DNA of 64,000 nt from an uncultured bacterium (GTDB lineage: Bacteria > Verrucomicrobiota > Kiritimatiellia > RFP12 > UBA1067): assembly GCA_902764415.1 (NCBI GenBank), contig CACWVU010000009.1:3438-67437 (forward strand). Reading direction: 5' to 3'. The notes beneath the pieces are model-generated. The model saw nothing but the letters and a program-made list of their open reading frames with translations, had not been told where the DNA came from and did not search any database. Every line of letters begins with the position of its first letter. Within the stretch, counting starts at the first letter, position 1. The position numbers were made by a program, and so were the translations under genes. Shown one piece after another: positions 9,357 to 17,101 of the stretch.

Positions 9357-9434
9357 GTGTGAATTATACCATAATTGCGGTCAAAGGTATTTGGCGGTGA
9401 AGGACTCTTTGCAGGCGCGGACCTGGTCGATCGG
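9345..9434. repeat. Direct repeat copy B (90 bp): genuine uvrA 3' end + promoter + MKFL start of 8151..9356
   Basis: See copy A; 84/90 identical. Confidence 0.9.
9363..9371 (-). promoter_or_regulatory. Extended -10 promoter TGGTATAAT, leaderless layout (6 nt to ATG at 9356)
   Basis: Plus strand attatacca, located between the uvrA stop (9381) and the next gene. Confidence 0.5.
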
Positions 9435-12275
9435 GCCTTCGCAGACGACGCGGCCGCCGGCGTCGCCGCCGCCGGGACCGAGGTCGACGATCCAGTCGGC
9501 GCACTTCATGACGTCGGTATTGTGCTCGATCACGATCACCGTGTTGCCCTGGTCCCGGAGGCGCAGGAGGAGCTTCATCAGCTTGGCGACGTCGTCGAAG
9601 TGGAGCCCGGTGGTGGGCTCGTCGAGGAGGTATAGGGTGCGTCCGGTCGAGCGCCGCGAAAGCTCCGTCGCGAGCTTGATGCGCTGGGCCTCGCCGCCGG
9701 AAAGGGTGGTGGCGCTCTGTCCGAGCTGGATGTAGCCGAGGCCGACGTCGTCGAGAGTGGCGAGCTTCCGCGCGAGCGAGGGGATCTTCGCGAAGAAGTC
9801 CTTCGCCTCGGCGACGGTCATCGCGAGAACGTCGGCGATGTTCCTGCCGGCGTAGGAAACTTCCAGCGTCTCGGCGTTGAAGCGGCGTCCGCCGCACTGC
9901 TCGCAGGTGACGTAGACGTCGGGCAGGAAGCTCATCTCCAGCTTGCGCACGCCGTCGCCGCCGCAGACCTCGCAGCGCCCGCCCTTGACGTTGAAGGAGA
10001 AGCGTCCGGCGGTGTAGCCGCGCGCGCGCGCCGCCTCGGTCTTCGCGAAGAGCTCGCGGATCTCGGAGAAGAACCCGACATAGGTGGCGGGATTGGAGCG
10101 CGGGGTGCGGCCGATCGGCGACTGGTCGATCTCGACGACCTTGTCGAAGTTCTCCGCGCCGTCGAGTTTCGCGAACTTCCCCGGCGTTTCCCGCGAGCGA
10201 TAGAAGCGGCGCATGAGCGCGCGCTTGAGCGTCTCGTCGACGAGCGTCGACTTGCCGGAGCCGGAGACGCCGGTTACCACCGTGAACGCGCCGACGGGGA
10301 AGTGCGCGGTGATGTTCTTCAGGTTGTGCTCGCGGCAGCCGGAGATGGTGAGGAAGCGTGGTTCGTGGTTCGCGGCTCGTGGCTCGCCTGCCCGCCGTAG
10401 CCTAGGCGAAGGCGGGTGGCTCGTAGCGCCGGCAACCTGCTTTCGTCCGGTCAGGTAGTCGGCGGTCAGCGACTTCGCCTTCAGGAGGCCCTTGAACGGG
10501 CCCTGGTACATGATTCGGCCGCCTTCGCGGCCGGCGCCGGGGCCAAGGTCGACAATCCAGTCCGCCGCGCGCATCATCTCCTCGTCGTGCTCGACGACGA
10601 CGACGGTGTTGCCGCGGTCGCGGAGTCCCTTGAGGGCGGAGATGAGCCGATCGTTGTCCCGCGGATGGAGTCCGATCGTCGGCTCGTCGAGAACGTAGAG
10701 GACCCCGGTCAGCCCCGAGCCGATCTGCGTTGCCAGGCGGATGCGCTGCATTTCGCCGCCGGAAAGCGACGAGGCCGCGCGGTCGAGAGTGAGGTAGTCG
10801 AGCCCGACGTCAAGCAGGAACTGGAGGCGGCGGCAGATCTCCGCCACGATTTCGCCCAGCCCCGAAAGGTTTGTTGCTTGGGGTGCGGTTTTTTTAGCCG
10901 CATAGGACGCAAAGGTCGCAAAGGGTGCGTTCTCTGCGTTCTTTGCGTTCTTTGCGGCTAAACACAACCCATTGAAGAAGGCTAGGGCTTCGCCGACCGG
11001 CATTGCCATCACCTCGACGATGGTCTTGTCGGCGACGGTGGCGGCGCGGGAGAATTCGTTGAGCCTCGCGCCGTGGCAGGTCGGGCAGGTGCGGTAGCTC
11101 TGGTACGCCTCCCACTTCGCGCGCGTCTCCTCGTCCTCCGCCTCCTCGAGCCGCTTCTGCAGCGTGGCGAGGACGCCCTCGAAGGGACGGTCGACGGAGC
11201 GCCAGGGCAGGATCAGGTCGTCCTTGAACCCGTGCATGAGGTCGTGGCGGAACTTTGCGGGCAGTTTTTCGTAGGGAGTGGAGAGCTTCACCTTGTACTG
11301 GCGCGCGATCTGCTCGAGGAGCGCGTTGTAGTACATGATCGCGTTGTGTCCGGCGCGGCGCCAGGGGTGGATGCACTCGCGCAGGGGAAGCGTGCGGTCG
11401 GGCACGACGAGCTCCTCGTCGAAATAGTAGAGGTGGCCGAGGCCTGAACAGGTCGGGCACGCGCCGTAGGGCGAGTTGAAGGAGAACGACCGCGGCTTCA
11501 ATTCGTCGAAGGAAAGCCCGCACTCGACGCAGGCGTTGAGCTCGGAGAACACGGTCGGACGGTCGGGCTTGTCCGCCAGCTCCATCGACATCACTCCCTT
11601 GCCGGTCTTGAGGGCCAACTCTACCGAGTCGGTGAGGCGGGTGCGGTCGCAGGGAAGGACAAGCCGGTCGACGACGACGTCGATCGTGTGGGCCTTCTTC
11701 TTGTCGAGCGCGGGCGCTTCCTCGATCGGATACACCGCGCCGTCGACGCGCACGCGGGCGAAGCCGCCGCGCGCGAGCGCGGCGATCGTCTCCTCGTGGC
11801 GTCCCTTCTTGCCCTTGACGACCGGCGCGTAGAGGATTATCCGGCCCGGCTCCCCGGCGGCGAGGGTGTCCACGATCTGCTCGGCCGACTGCTTCGTCAC
11901 CGGCCGGCCGCACTTCGGGCAGTGGGGCGTCGCCGCCGACCCGTAGAGGATGCGCAGGTAGTCGTGGATCTCGGTGACGGTGGCGACGATCGAGCGCGGG
12001 TTGCCGCTGGTGGTGCGCTGCTCGATCGAGATCGCTGGCGACAGTCCCTCGATGCGCTCGACGTCCGGCTTCTGCATCCGGTCGAGGAACTGCCGCGCGT
12101 AGGCGGAGAGCGACTCGACGTAGCGGCGCTGGCCTTCGGCGTAGAGGGTGTCGAAGGCGAGGGACGACTTGCCCGAGCCGGAAAGCCCGGTGACCACGGT
12201 GAGCGAGTCGCGGGGGATGACGACGTCCACGCCCTTGAGGTTGTGGACCTTCGCGTTCCTGATGGTGATGTCCAT
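9381..12275 (-). CDS. uvrA: Excinuclease ABC subunit A
   Basis: [63 protein letters not shown], second ABC module [13 protein letters not shown], signature [12 protein letters not shown] / [12 protein letters not shown], zinc-finger cysteines. Starts 3 nt after the rho stop. Contains two repeat-derived in-frame insertions (see repeats). Confidence 0.97.
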   Translation of the reverse strand: MDITIRNAKVHNLKGVDVVIPRDSLTVVTGLSGSGKSSLAFDTLYAEGQRRYVESLSAYARQFLDRMQKPDVERIEGLSPAISIEQRTTSGNPRSIVATVTEIHDYLRILYGSAATPHCPKCGRPVTKQSAEQIVDTLAAGEPGRIILYAPVVKGKKGRHEETIAALARGGFARVRVDGAVYPIEEAPALDKKKAHTIDVVVDRLVLPCDRTRLTDSVELALKTGKGVMSMELADKPDRPTVFSELNACVECGLSFDELKPRSFSFNSPYGACPTCSGLGHLYYFDEELVVPDRTLPLRECIHPWRRAGHNAIMYYNALLEQIARQYKVKLSTPYEKLPAKFRHDLMHGFKDDLILPWRSVDRPFEGVLATLQKRLEEAEDEETRAKWEAYQSYRTCPTCHGARLNEFSRAATVADKTIVEVMAMPVGEALAFFNGLCLAAKNAKNAENAPFATFASYAAKKTAPQATNLSGLGEIVAEICRRLQFLLDVGLDYLTLDRAASSLSGGEMQRIRLATQIGSGLTGVLYVLDEPTIGLHPRDNDRLISALKGLRDRGNTVVVVEHDEEMMRAADWIVDLGPGAGREGGRIMYQGPFKGLLKAKSLTADYLTGRKQVAGATSHPPSPRLRRAGEPRAANHEPRFLTISGCREHNLKNITAHFPVGAFTVVTGVSGSGKSTLVDETLKRALMRRFYRSRETPGKFAKLDGAENFDKVVEIDQSPIGRTPRSNPATYVGFFSEIRELFAKTEAARARGYTAGRFSFNVKGGRCEVCGGDGVRKLEMSFLPDVYVTCEQCGGRRFNAETLEVSYAGRNIADVLAMTVAEAKDFFAKIPSLARKLATLDDVGLGYIQLGQSATTLSGGEAQRIKLATELSRRSTGRTLYLLDEPTTGLHFDDVAKLMKLLLRLRDQGNTVIVIEHNTDVMKCADWIVDLGPGGGDAGGRVVCEGPIDQVRACKESFTAKYL
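10359..10386. repeat. Four tandem heptamers (minus strand CGAGCCA CGAGCCG CGAACCA CGAACCA) inside uvrA, followed by a small hairpin and a fifth unit at 10417-10423
   Basis: Plus strand tggttcg tggttcg cggctcg tggctcg, then cccgcc(10391-96)...ggcggg(10411-16), then tggctcg. Encodes the linker ...[23 protein letters not shown], which is about 12 aa longer than the E. coli UvrA linker as I recall it. Confidence 0.8.
10894..10961. repeat. 68-bp imperfect palindrome (hairpin-capable element) inserted in frame in uvrA
   Basis: Perfect 9-bp termini ttagccgca ... tgcggctaa. The inner arms pair over about 30 bp and are built from 9-mers (gcgttcttt x3 on one arm, cgcaaagg x2 on the other). Encodes [23 protein letters not shown] within a roughly 26-aa excess relative to E. 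coli UvrA between FFNxLxL and the conserved RLxFLxxVGL. Confidence 0.8.
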
Positions 12276-12278
12276 CGT

Positions 12279-13808
12279 CTACTGCAGGTTCTTCAGGTCG
12301 AGCGCGAGCAGGAACTGCGGGTTCGACTGGGTTTTCTTGAGCGAGTTCAGCACCGACTTCATGGCGCTTTCTGAGCCGGCGGCGGCGAGGTAGCGGCGGA
12401 GCGCCCAGGTCTTCTCGAGCTCAAGCGGGTCGAGGAGGAGGTCCTCCTTGCGGGTGCCGGACTTCTCGATGTCGATCGCCGGGAAGATGCGCTTGTCGGC
12501 GAGGCCGCGGTCGAGCACGATCTCCATGTTGCCGGTGCCCTTGAACTCCTCGAAGATCACCTCGTCCATGCGCGAGCCGGTGTCGACGAGGCCGGTGGCG
12601 ATGATGGTGAGCGAGCCGCCGCCCTCGATGTTGCGGGCCGCGCCGAAGAAGCGCTTGGGGCGGTGCATCGCGAGCGCGTCGACGCCGCCGGTGAGGATCT
12701 TGCCCGAGTGCGGCTGTACCGTGTTGTAGGCGCGGGCCATGCGCGTCAGCGAGTCCATGAGGATGATCACGTCGCGGCCGTTCTCCACCTGGCGCTTGGA
12801 CATCTCCAGCACCATCTCGGTGACGTTGACGTGGTGCTGCGGCTCCTCGTCGAAGGTGGAGGAGAGCACCATCGCCTTCGTGTTGCGCTGCATGTCGGTG
12901 ACCTCCTCCGGGCGCTCGTCGATGAGCAGGATGATGAGCATCGCCTCGGGGTGGTTCTTCGAGATGGCGTTGGCCATCTTCTGGAGGAGGACGGTCTTGC
13001 CCACGCGCGGCGGCGCGATGATGAGCCCGCGCTGGCCGAAGCCGATGGGCGTGAAGAGGTCGACGACGCGGGTCGAGAACTCCTTGGGGTCGGTCTCGAG
13101 GATTATCCGCCGCGTCGGGAACGTCGCCGTGAGGTTCTCGAAGTGGATGACGCGCGCGGCGGCGGACGGCTCCTTGCCGTTCACCGAGACCACGGCGCCG
13201 AGGCAGAAGAAGCGGTCGCGGTCGCGCGGGTCGCGCACCGGTCCCTCGACGATGTCGCCGGTGCGGAGCGCGTGGCGGCGGATCTGCTGCTGGGTCACGA
13301 ACACGTCCTCGGGGCAGGCGAGGAAGTTGTTCTTCGCGGAGCGCAGGAAGCCGTGGCCCTCGCGCACGATCTCCAGGCAGCCGGAGGCGAGCACCGCGCC
13401 GCCGCGGGCGAGGTAGGAGCGGATTGCCGCGAAGATGAGCTCGTGCTTGCGGTAGCTGCCGAGCTCCTCGGGGTCGGCGCCGGGCATCATCCGCTCGACG
13501 ATGGCGGGCGCCGGCCAGGTCTGGATGTCGGCGAGGCGGTGTTCCGGCAGCTCGGGGTTGCGGTTGGGGTTTACGACCGGCGCCGACTCGGCGGCGACTG
13601 GCTCGGGCGGGAGCGGCGCGTTGAGGAGGGGATTCACCGACTCCTCGCCGTTCGCCCCGCGGATCGGGGAGCCGTTGGGTTTCGCCTGGCCGGGCGTGCG
13701 GTTGAACTTCTTGAACGTGCGGTACTGCCTGGGTTTCGCCGGGCCGTTTTGGCGGGCGCCGCCCTTGGGCGGCACTGCGCCCGCGAAAACATCTAGTTCT
13801 TCGGACAT
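12279..13808 (-). CDS. rho: Transcription termination factor Rho (with ~90-aa low-complexity N-terminal extension)
   Basis: RNA-binding domain [15 protein letters not shown]; Walker [13 protein letters not shown]; LIDERPEEV; C-terminal [24 protein letters not shown]. The N-terminus is N/P/G/K-rich. Confidence 0.97.
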   Translation of the reverse strand: MSEELDVFAGAVPPKGGARQNGPAKPRQYRTFKKFNRTPGQAKPNGSPIRGANGEESVNPLLNAPLPPEPVAAESAPVVNPNRNPELPEHRLADIQTWPAPAIVERMMPGADPEELGSYRKHELIFAAIRSYLARGGAVLASGCLEIVREGHGFLRSAKNNFLACPEDVFVTQQQIRRHALRTGDIVEGPVRDPRDRDRFFCLGAVVSVNGKEPSAAARVIHFENLTATFPTRRIILETDPKEFSTRVVDLFTPIGFGQRGLIIAPPRVGKTVLLQKMANAISKNHPEAMLIILLIDERPEEVTDMQRNTKAMVLSSTFDEEPQHHVNVTEMVLEMSKRQVENGRDVIILMDSLTRMARAYNTVQPHSGKILTGGVDALAMHRPKRFFGAARNIEGGGSLTIIATGLVDTGSRMDEVIFEEFKGTGNMEIVLDRGLADKRIFPAIDIEKSGTRKEDLLLDPLELEKTWALRRYLAAAGSESAMKSVLNSLKKTQSNPQFLLALDLKNLQ

Positions 13809-13893
13809 GTTGGGTCTTGGGGTTTGGGGTTGGGGTTTGCCATGTCGCCTGTCGCGATTCAGCTACCTGCGACTAGGCGGCAACAAAGGCATT
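13809..13893 (-). promoter_or_regulatory. rho 5' leader with a 31-nt C-rich, almost G-free tract abutting the start codon (rut-like); G-quadruplex motif on the opposite strand
   Basis: Minus strand ...ggCAAACCCCAACCCCAAACCCCAAGACCCAAC-ATG. Plus strand 13812-13835 is GGG-tctt-GGGG-ttt-GGGG-tt-GGGG. Confidence 0.5.
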
Positions 13894-13900
13894 GGTGCGT

Positions 13901-13909
13901 ATTATACCA
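13901..13909 (-). promoter_or_regulatory. Extended -10 promoter TGGTATAAT(ACGC) for rho
   Basis: Plus strand attatacca, about 90 nt upstream of the rho ATG. Confidence 0.55.
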
Positions 13910-13936
13910 TATTCGTGGTTCGCGATTCGTGATTCG
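13910..13936. repeat. Heptamer array (minus strand CGAATCA CGAATCG CGAACCA CGAATAT) immediately upstream of the rho -10 box
   Basis: 7-bp periodicity read directly. The same CGAACCA..CGAATAT-(G/C)TATAAT arrangement occurs at the parC promoter. Confidence 0.75.
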
Positions 13937-13942
13937 CAATTT

Positions 13943-14617
13943 TTACTGGACGAAGTAGTAGAGGCGCTGGATGTCGAGGGGGAAGAGGTCCGGGACCTTG
14001 CCCTCGAGTGCTGCGGCAATGCGGCGGTCGCAGCAGGTGAAGCGCACCTGGGCGCCGAGCGCGTCCGCGACGGCCTGCGCGTAGGGGACGGACTCGGCGA
14101 CGTCCTTCGGCCGCGTCTGCTGGCCGAGGTTGGTGTTGTTGACGACGCCGGTGAAGTGGATGCCGGCGGCGGCCTCGATCTCGCGCAGCGTCGCGACGGC
14201 GTCGGCGGGCGTGCGGGTGAGCGGGCGCGACGCGTTCACGACCGCGAGCATGTCGTAGTCGCCTTCGGCGAGGATGTCGCCGGTCCAGCGGCCGAGCGCG
14301 AGCGCGCCGCGGTCGTCGCCGCCGACGTCCATAACCACGTGCGTCGAGCGGTCGGCGACGAGCGCGTAGATCTCCTTCGGGAGCGCGGGGAAGTCCACGT
14401 TCGAGTTCGCGAAGGGCGAGACGACGAGTCCGATCCCCTCCTCGGCGAGCGCCGCGGCGCTGTCCTTGGTGCGGAAATACGGGTTGACGATGTCGAGGTC
14501 GGCGATGCACGTCCGCAGACCGGCGCGGGCGAGCGCCCGCGCGTAGTTGAGCGCGATGTTGGTCTTGCCGCTGCCGTAGTGGCCGGCGAAGATGGTTACT
14601 CTGCGGGACGGGTCCAT
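13943..14617 (-). CDS. P-loop ATPase, MinD/ParA/Mrp-like (SIMIBI class)
   Basis: Deviant Walker A region FAGHYGSGKTNIALNYA. The start is taken at MDPSRR (14617) because the upstream MVYYAQ codons are the promoter box itself. Confidence 0.7.
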   Translation of the reverse strand: MDPSRRVTIFAGHYGSGKTNIALNYARALARAGLRTCIADLDIVNPYFRTKDSAAALAEEGIGLVVSPFANSNVDFPALPKEIYALVADRSTHVVMDVGGDDRGALALGRWTGDILAEGDYDMLAVVNASRPLTRTPADAVATLREIEAAAGIHFTGVVNNTNLGQQTRPKDVAESVPYAQAVADALGAQVRFTCCDRRIAAALEGKVPDLFPLDIQRLYYFVQ

Positions 14618-14625
14618 TTGCGCGT

Positions 14626-14634
14626 AGTATACCA
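14626..14634 (-). promoter_or_regulatory. Extended -10 promoter TGGTATACT(ACGC), near-leaderless (8 nt to ATG 14617)
   Basis: Plus strand agtatacca. Forms a palindrome with the divergent promoter at 14640-14648. Confidence 0.5.
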
Positions 14635-14639
14635 TTTTT

Positions 14640-14648
14640 TGGTATAAT
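14640..14648 (+). promoter_or_regulatory. Extended -10 promoter TGGTATAAT(ACGC) for the guaA-like operon
   Basis: tttttTGGTATAATacgc; 43-nt leader with aaggaaagg RBS before ATG 14692. Confidence 0.55.
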
Positions 14649-14691
14649 ACGCGTCAACGGCTTAAACCACATAAGGAAAGGTCAAAAGGAC

Positions 14692-15699
14692 ATGAACCAG
14701 GCAGAGAAGGAGCGCCTCGCCCGAGTCGGCAGGACGTTCAACGCAAAGAAGTACATTGCCGAGGAGATCGAGGCGATCAGGAAGCAGGTCGGCAACCGGA
14801 AGGTGCTGCTCGCGATGTCGGGCGGCGTCGACTCGTCCGTCTGCGCGGTGCTCCTGCAGAAGGCGATCGGCAAGCAGCTCGTCTGCGTGTTCGTCGACCA
14901 CGGCTGCATGCGCCTCAACGAGGCCAAGGCGGTGAAGAAGGTCTTCAAGGGCAAGTTCGGCATCAACCTCATCCAGATCGACGCCGAGGCCCGCTTCCTC
15001 AAGAAGGCGAAGGGCATCACCGACCCCGAGCTCAAGCGCAAGTGCATCGGCGGCGAGTTCATCAAGGTCTTCGCCGACGTCGCGCGCGACCTCAAGAAGA
15101 AGTTCGGCGACATCGACTTCCTCGGCCAGGGCACGATCTACCCCGACATCATCGAGTCTGGCGTCGGCGGCAACAAGGCGGTGAAGGCCCACCACAACGT
15201 GGGCGGGCTCCCGAAGGACATCATCTTCAAGGGCCTCGTCGAGCCGGTGAAGTACCTCTACAAGGACGAAGTGCGCAAGGTCGGCAAGCTCCTCGGCATC
15301 CCCGAGGAGATGGTCATGCGCCAGCCGTTCCCGGGCCCGGGCCTCGCGGTCCGCTGCATCGGCGAGCTCACCAAGGAGAAGCTCGACATCCTCCGCCAGG
15401 CGGACTTCATCTTCCGCGACGAGATGAAGAAGGCGAAGCTCGACAGGAAGGCGCAGCAGTTCTTCGCGATCAACTCGAACGTGAAGGCGGTCGGCGTCAA
15501 GAACGGCGCGCGCACCTACGGCTACGTGATCGCGATCCGCGCGATCTCCACGCAGCAGTTCGTCAAGGCCGGCGTCGTGGAGCTGCCGTTCAAGTTCGTG
15601 ACGAAGGTCGCCGAGAAGATCGCGACGAAGGTGAAGGGCGTCAACCGCGTGGTGTGGGACGTCACGCCGAAGCCGCCCGCCACCATCGAGTGGGAGTGA
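14692..15699 (+). CDS. guaA: GMP synthase, ATP pyrophosphatase subunit only (no glutaminase domain)
   Basis: PP-loop SGGVDSSV; CIGGEFIKVF; GQGTIYPDIIESG; HHNVGGLP; VEPVKYLYKDEVR; QPFPGPGLAVR; C-terminal KPPATIEWE. At 335 aa it matches the length of the subunit-B (stand-alone) form. Confidence 0.9.
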   Translation: MNQAEKERLARVGRTFNAKKYIAEEIEAIRKQVGNRKVLLAMSGGVDSSVCAVLLQKAIGKQLVCVFVDHGCMRLNEAKAVKKVFKGKFGINLIQIDAEARFLKKAKGITDPELKRKCIGGEFIKVFADVARDLKKKFGDIDFLGQGTIYPDIIESGVGGNKAVKAHHNVGGLPKDIIFKGLVEPVKYLYKDEVRKVGKLLGIPEEMVMRQPFPGPGLAVRCIGELTKEKLDILRQADFIFRDEMKKAKLDRKAQQFFAINSNVKAVGVKNGARTYGYVIAIRAISTQQFVKAGVVELPFKFVTKVAEKIATKVKGVNRVVWDVTPKPPATIEWE

Positions 15700-15709
15700 C
15701 CTCTCCGAG

Positions 15710-17098
15710 GTGAAGCGCTCGGCCAGGGCATGGACGCTGTTCGCGGCGACCCGCGTAGTCGGGCTCGCCGCGGACGTCTGCGCCGTCGGGGCGGCGTACT
15801 ACGGGGCGATCCTCCTCAGGTTCGACCTGCGCGCCCCGCGCTGGGGCTGGACGGCGGTGCTGACCAGTTTCTCGGTCGTCGCGCTCGTCCACGTCTTCGC
15901 CCTCGTCTTCTCCGGCTGCTACCGCCTCGCCTGGCGGCGCACACGCCTGAGGGACCTTTTGCGCTACTTCATTGCGACCGCGGCGGCATGCGCGGTGCTC
16001 ACCGGTCTCCGGTTCGTGCTGCCGGTGGAGAGCTATGCCCACGTGCGCCCGCCGTACTCGGTGACGCTCATCTGCTTCGTGCTCGCGTCGGTCGCGCTGG
16101 TAATCTGGCGCATCGCCTGGAGCTGGCTGTGGCAGTCGCGCGCGAGCGACGAGCAGCTCATCGAGCGGAGCGTGGCGAGGATGGACGCCGTGCCAGCCAC
16201 CGGGTTCATTTGCGGGCGCACGGTGATGGTGACCGGCGCCGGCGGGTCGATCGGCTCGGAGCTCGTGCGCCAGGTGCTCGCGGCGAAGCCGAAGCGGCTT
16301 TTGATGGTGGAGCGCGGCGAGAACGCGCTCTACCAGATCGAGCGCGAGGTGCGCTCGCTCTTCCCGGCGGCGGACGTCCGCGCGCTGATGAAGGACGTGA
16401 ACGACGTCGCCGCGATGCGCGAGATCTTCGCCGAGCACCGGCCCGAAATCGTCGTCCACGCCGCCGCCTACAAGCACGTGCCGATGGTGGAGGCGAACCC
16501 GGAGGAGGGCTGGCGCAACAACACCGAGGCGACGCGCTCGCTCGCGTCGCTCGCCCGCGAGTTCGGCGTGAGGCGGTTCGTCCTCATCTCCACCGACAAG
16601 GCGGTGAATCCGACTTCGGTGATGGGCAAGACCAAGCTCGCCGCGGAGCAGGCGGTGATGGAGCTCAACTGCGACTGCGCCGCCGAGTCGCTCGCGCCGC
16701 AGACGAGCTTCTGCGCGGTCAGGTTCGGCAACGTGTTCGGGTCCTCGGGCTCGGTGGTGCAGCTCTTCCGCGAGCAGATCCTCAACCGGCGGCCGGTGAC
16801 GGTGACGGACCCGGCGATGGAGCGCTACTTCATGACCGTCTCCGAGGCGGTGGGGCTGGTGTTGCAGGCGGCGAGCAGGCCCGAGAAGGCGATCTACACC
16901 CTGGACATGGGCGAGCCGGTGAGGATCCTCGACCTCGCCGAGGGGATGATCCGCCAGGCGGGGCTGAGGCCCTACGTGGACGTCCCGATCGTCTTCACCG
17001 GCGTCCGCCCCGGCGAGAAGCTGCGCGAGGAGCTGGACGTCTCGGACAAGTCGGCCTACAAGACCGACATGGCCAAGATCTACATCACGAAGGCTTAG
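15710..17098 (+). CDS. Membrane-anchored polysaccharide biosynthesis nucleotide-sugar dehydratase (CapD/WbpM/PglF-like)
   Basis: N-terminal TM segments, then Rossmann VTGAGGSIGSEL, AAAYKHVPMVE, STDKAVNPTSVMGKTK. Confidence 0.85.
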   Translation: MKRSARAWTLFAATRVVGLAADVCAVGAAYYGAILLRFDLRAPRWGWTAVLTSFSVVALVHVFALVFSGCYRLAWRRTRLRDLLRYFIATAAACAVLTGLRFVLPVESYAHVRPPYSVTLICFVLASVALVIWRIAWSWLWQSRASDEQLIERSVARMDAVPATGFICGRTVMVTGAGGSIGSELVRQVLAAKPKRLLMVERGENALYQIEREVRSLFPAADVRALMKDVNDVAAMREIFAEHRPEIVVHAAAYKHVPMVEANPEEGWRNNTEATRSLASLAREFGVRRFVLISTDKAVNPTSVMGKTKLAAEQAVMELNCDCAAESLAPQTSFCAVRFGNVFGSSGSVVQLFREQILNRRPVTVTDPAMERYFMTVSEAVGLVLQAASRPEKAIYTLDMGEPVRILDLAEGMIRQAGLRPYVDVPIVFTGVRPGEKLREELDVSDKSAYKTDMAKIYITKA

Positions 17099-17101
17099 GC
17101 C

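Noticed and set aside
1-9434. Interpreting the left block as an integrative element with its own recombinase.
   Set aside because: No integrase, recombinase or intact transposase ORF is present in 1-9434. Only the direct repeats and the IS remnant can be reported; mobility remains a hypothesis.
12663-13796. Long ORFs on the opposite strand or in alternate frames of clearly identified genes throughout the high-GC core. Examples: 12663..13796(+), 17237..19075(+), 19083..20282(-), 20308..21753(-), 22407..23552(-), 25512..26801(-), 27281..28783(-), 28865..30541(-), 31075..32595(-), 32592..34595(-), 34734..36368(-), 38576..40018(-), 45224..47464(-), 47172..49649(+), 48877..50865(-).
   Set aside because: They overlap genes with unmistakable family motifs. 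Their translations are Arg/Gly/Ala/Pro-rich low-complexity strings typical of stop-codon-poor shadow frames in high-GC DNA. None shows a recognisable motif.
14618-14635. N-terminal extensions such as MVYYAQ (13943..14635) and MVYYAE (41387..) in the ORF track.
   Set aside because: These codons are the TGGTATA(A/C)T promoter box itself read in frame (aTGGTATAcTACGC). The next Met is taken as the start.
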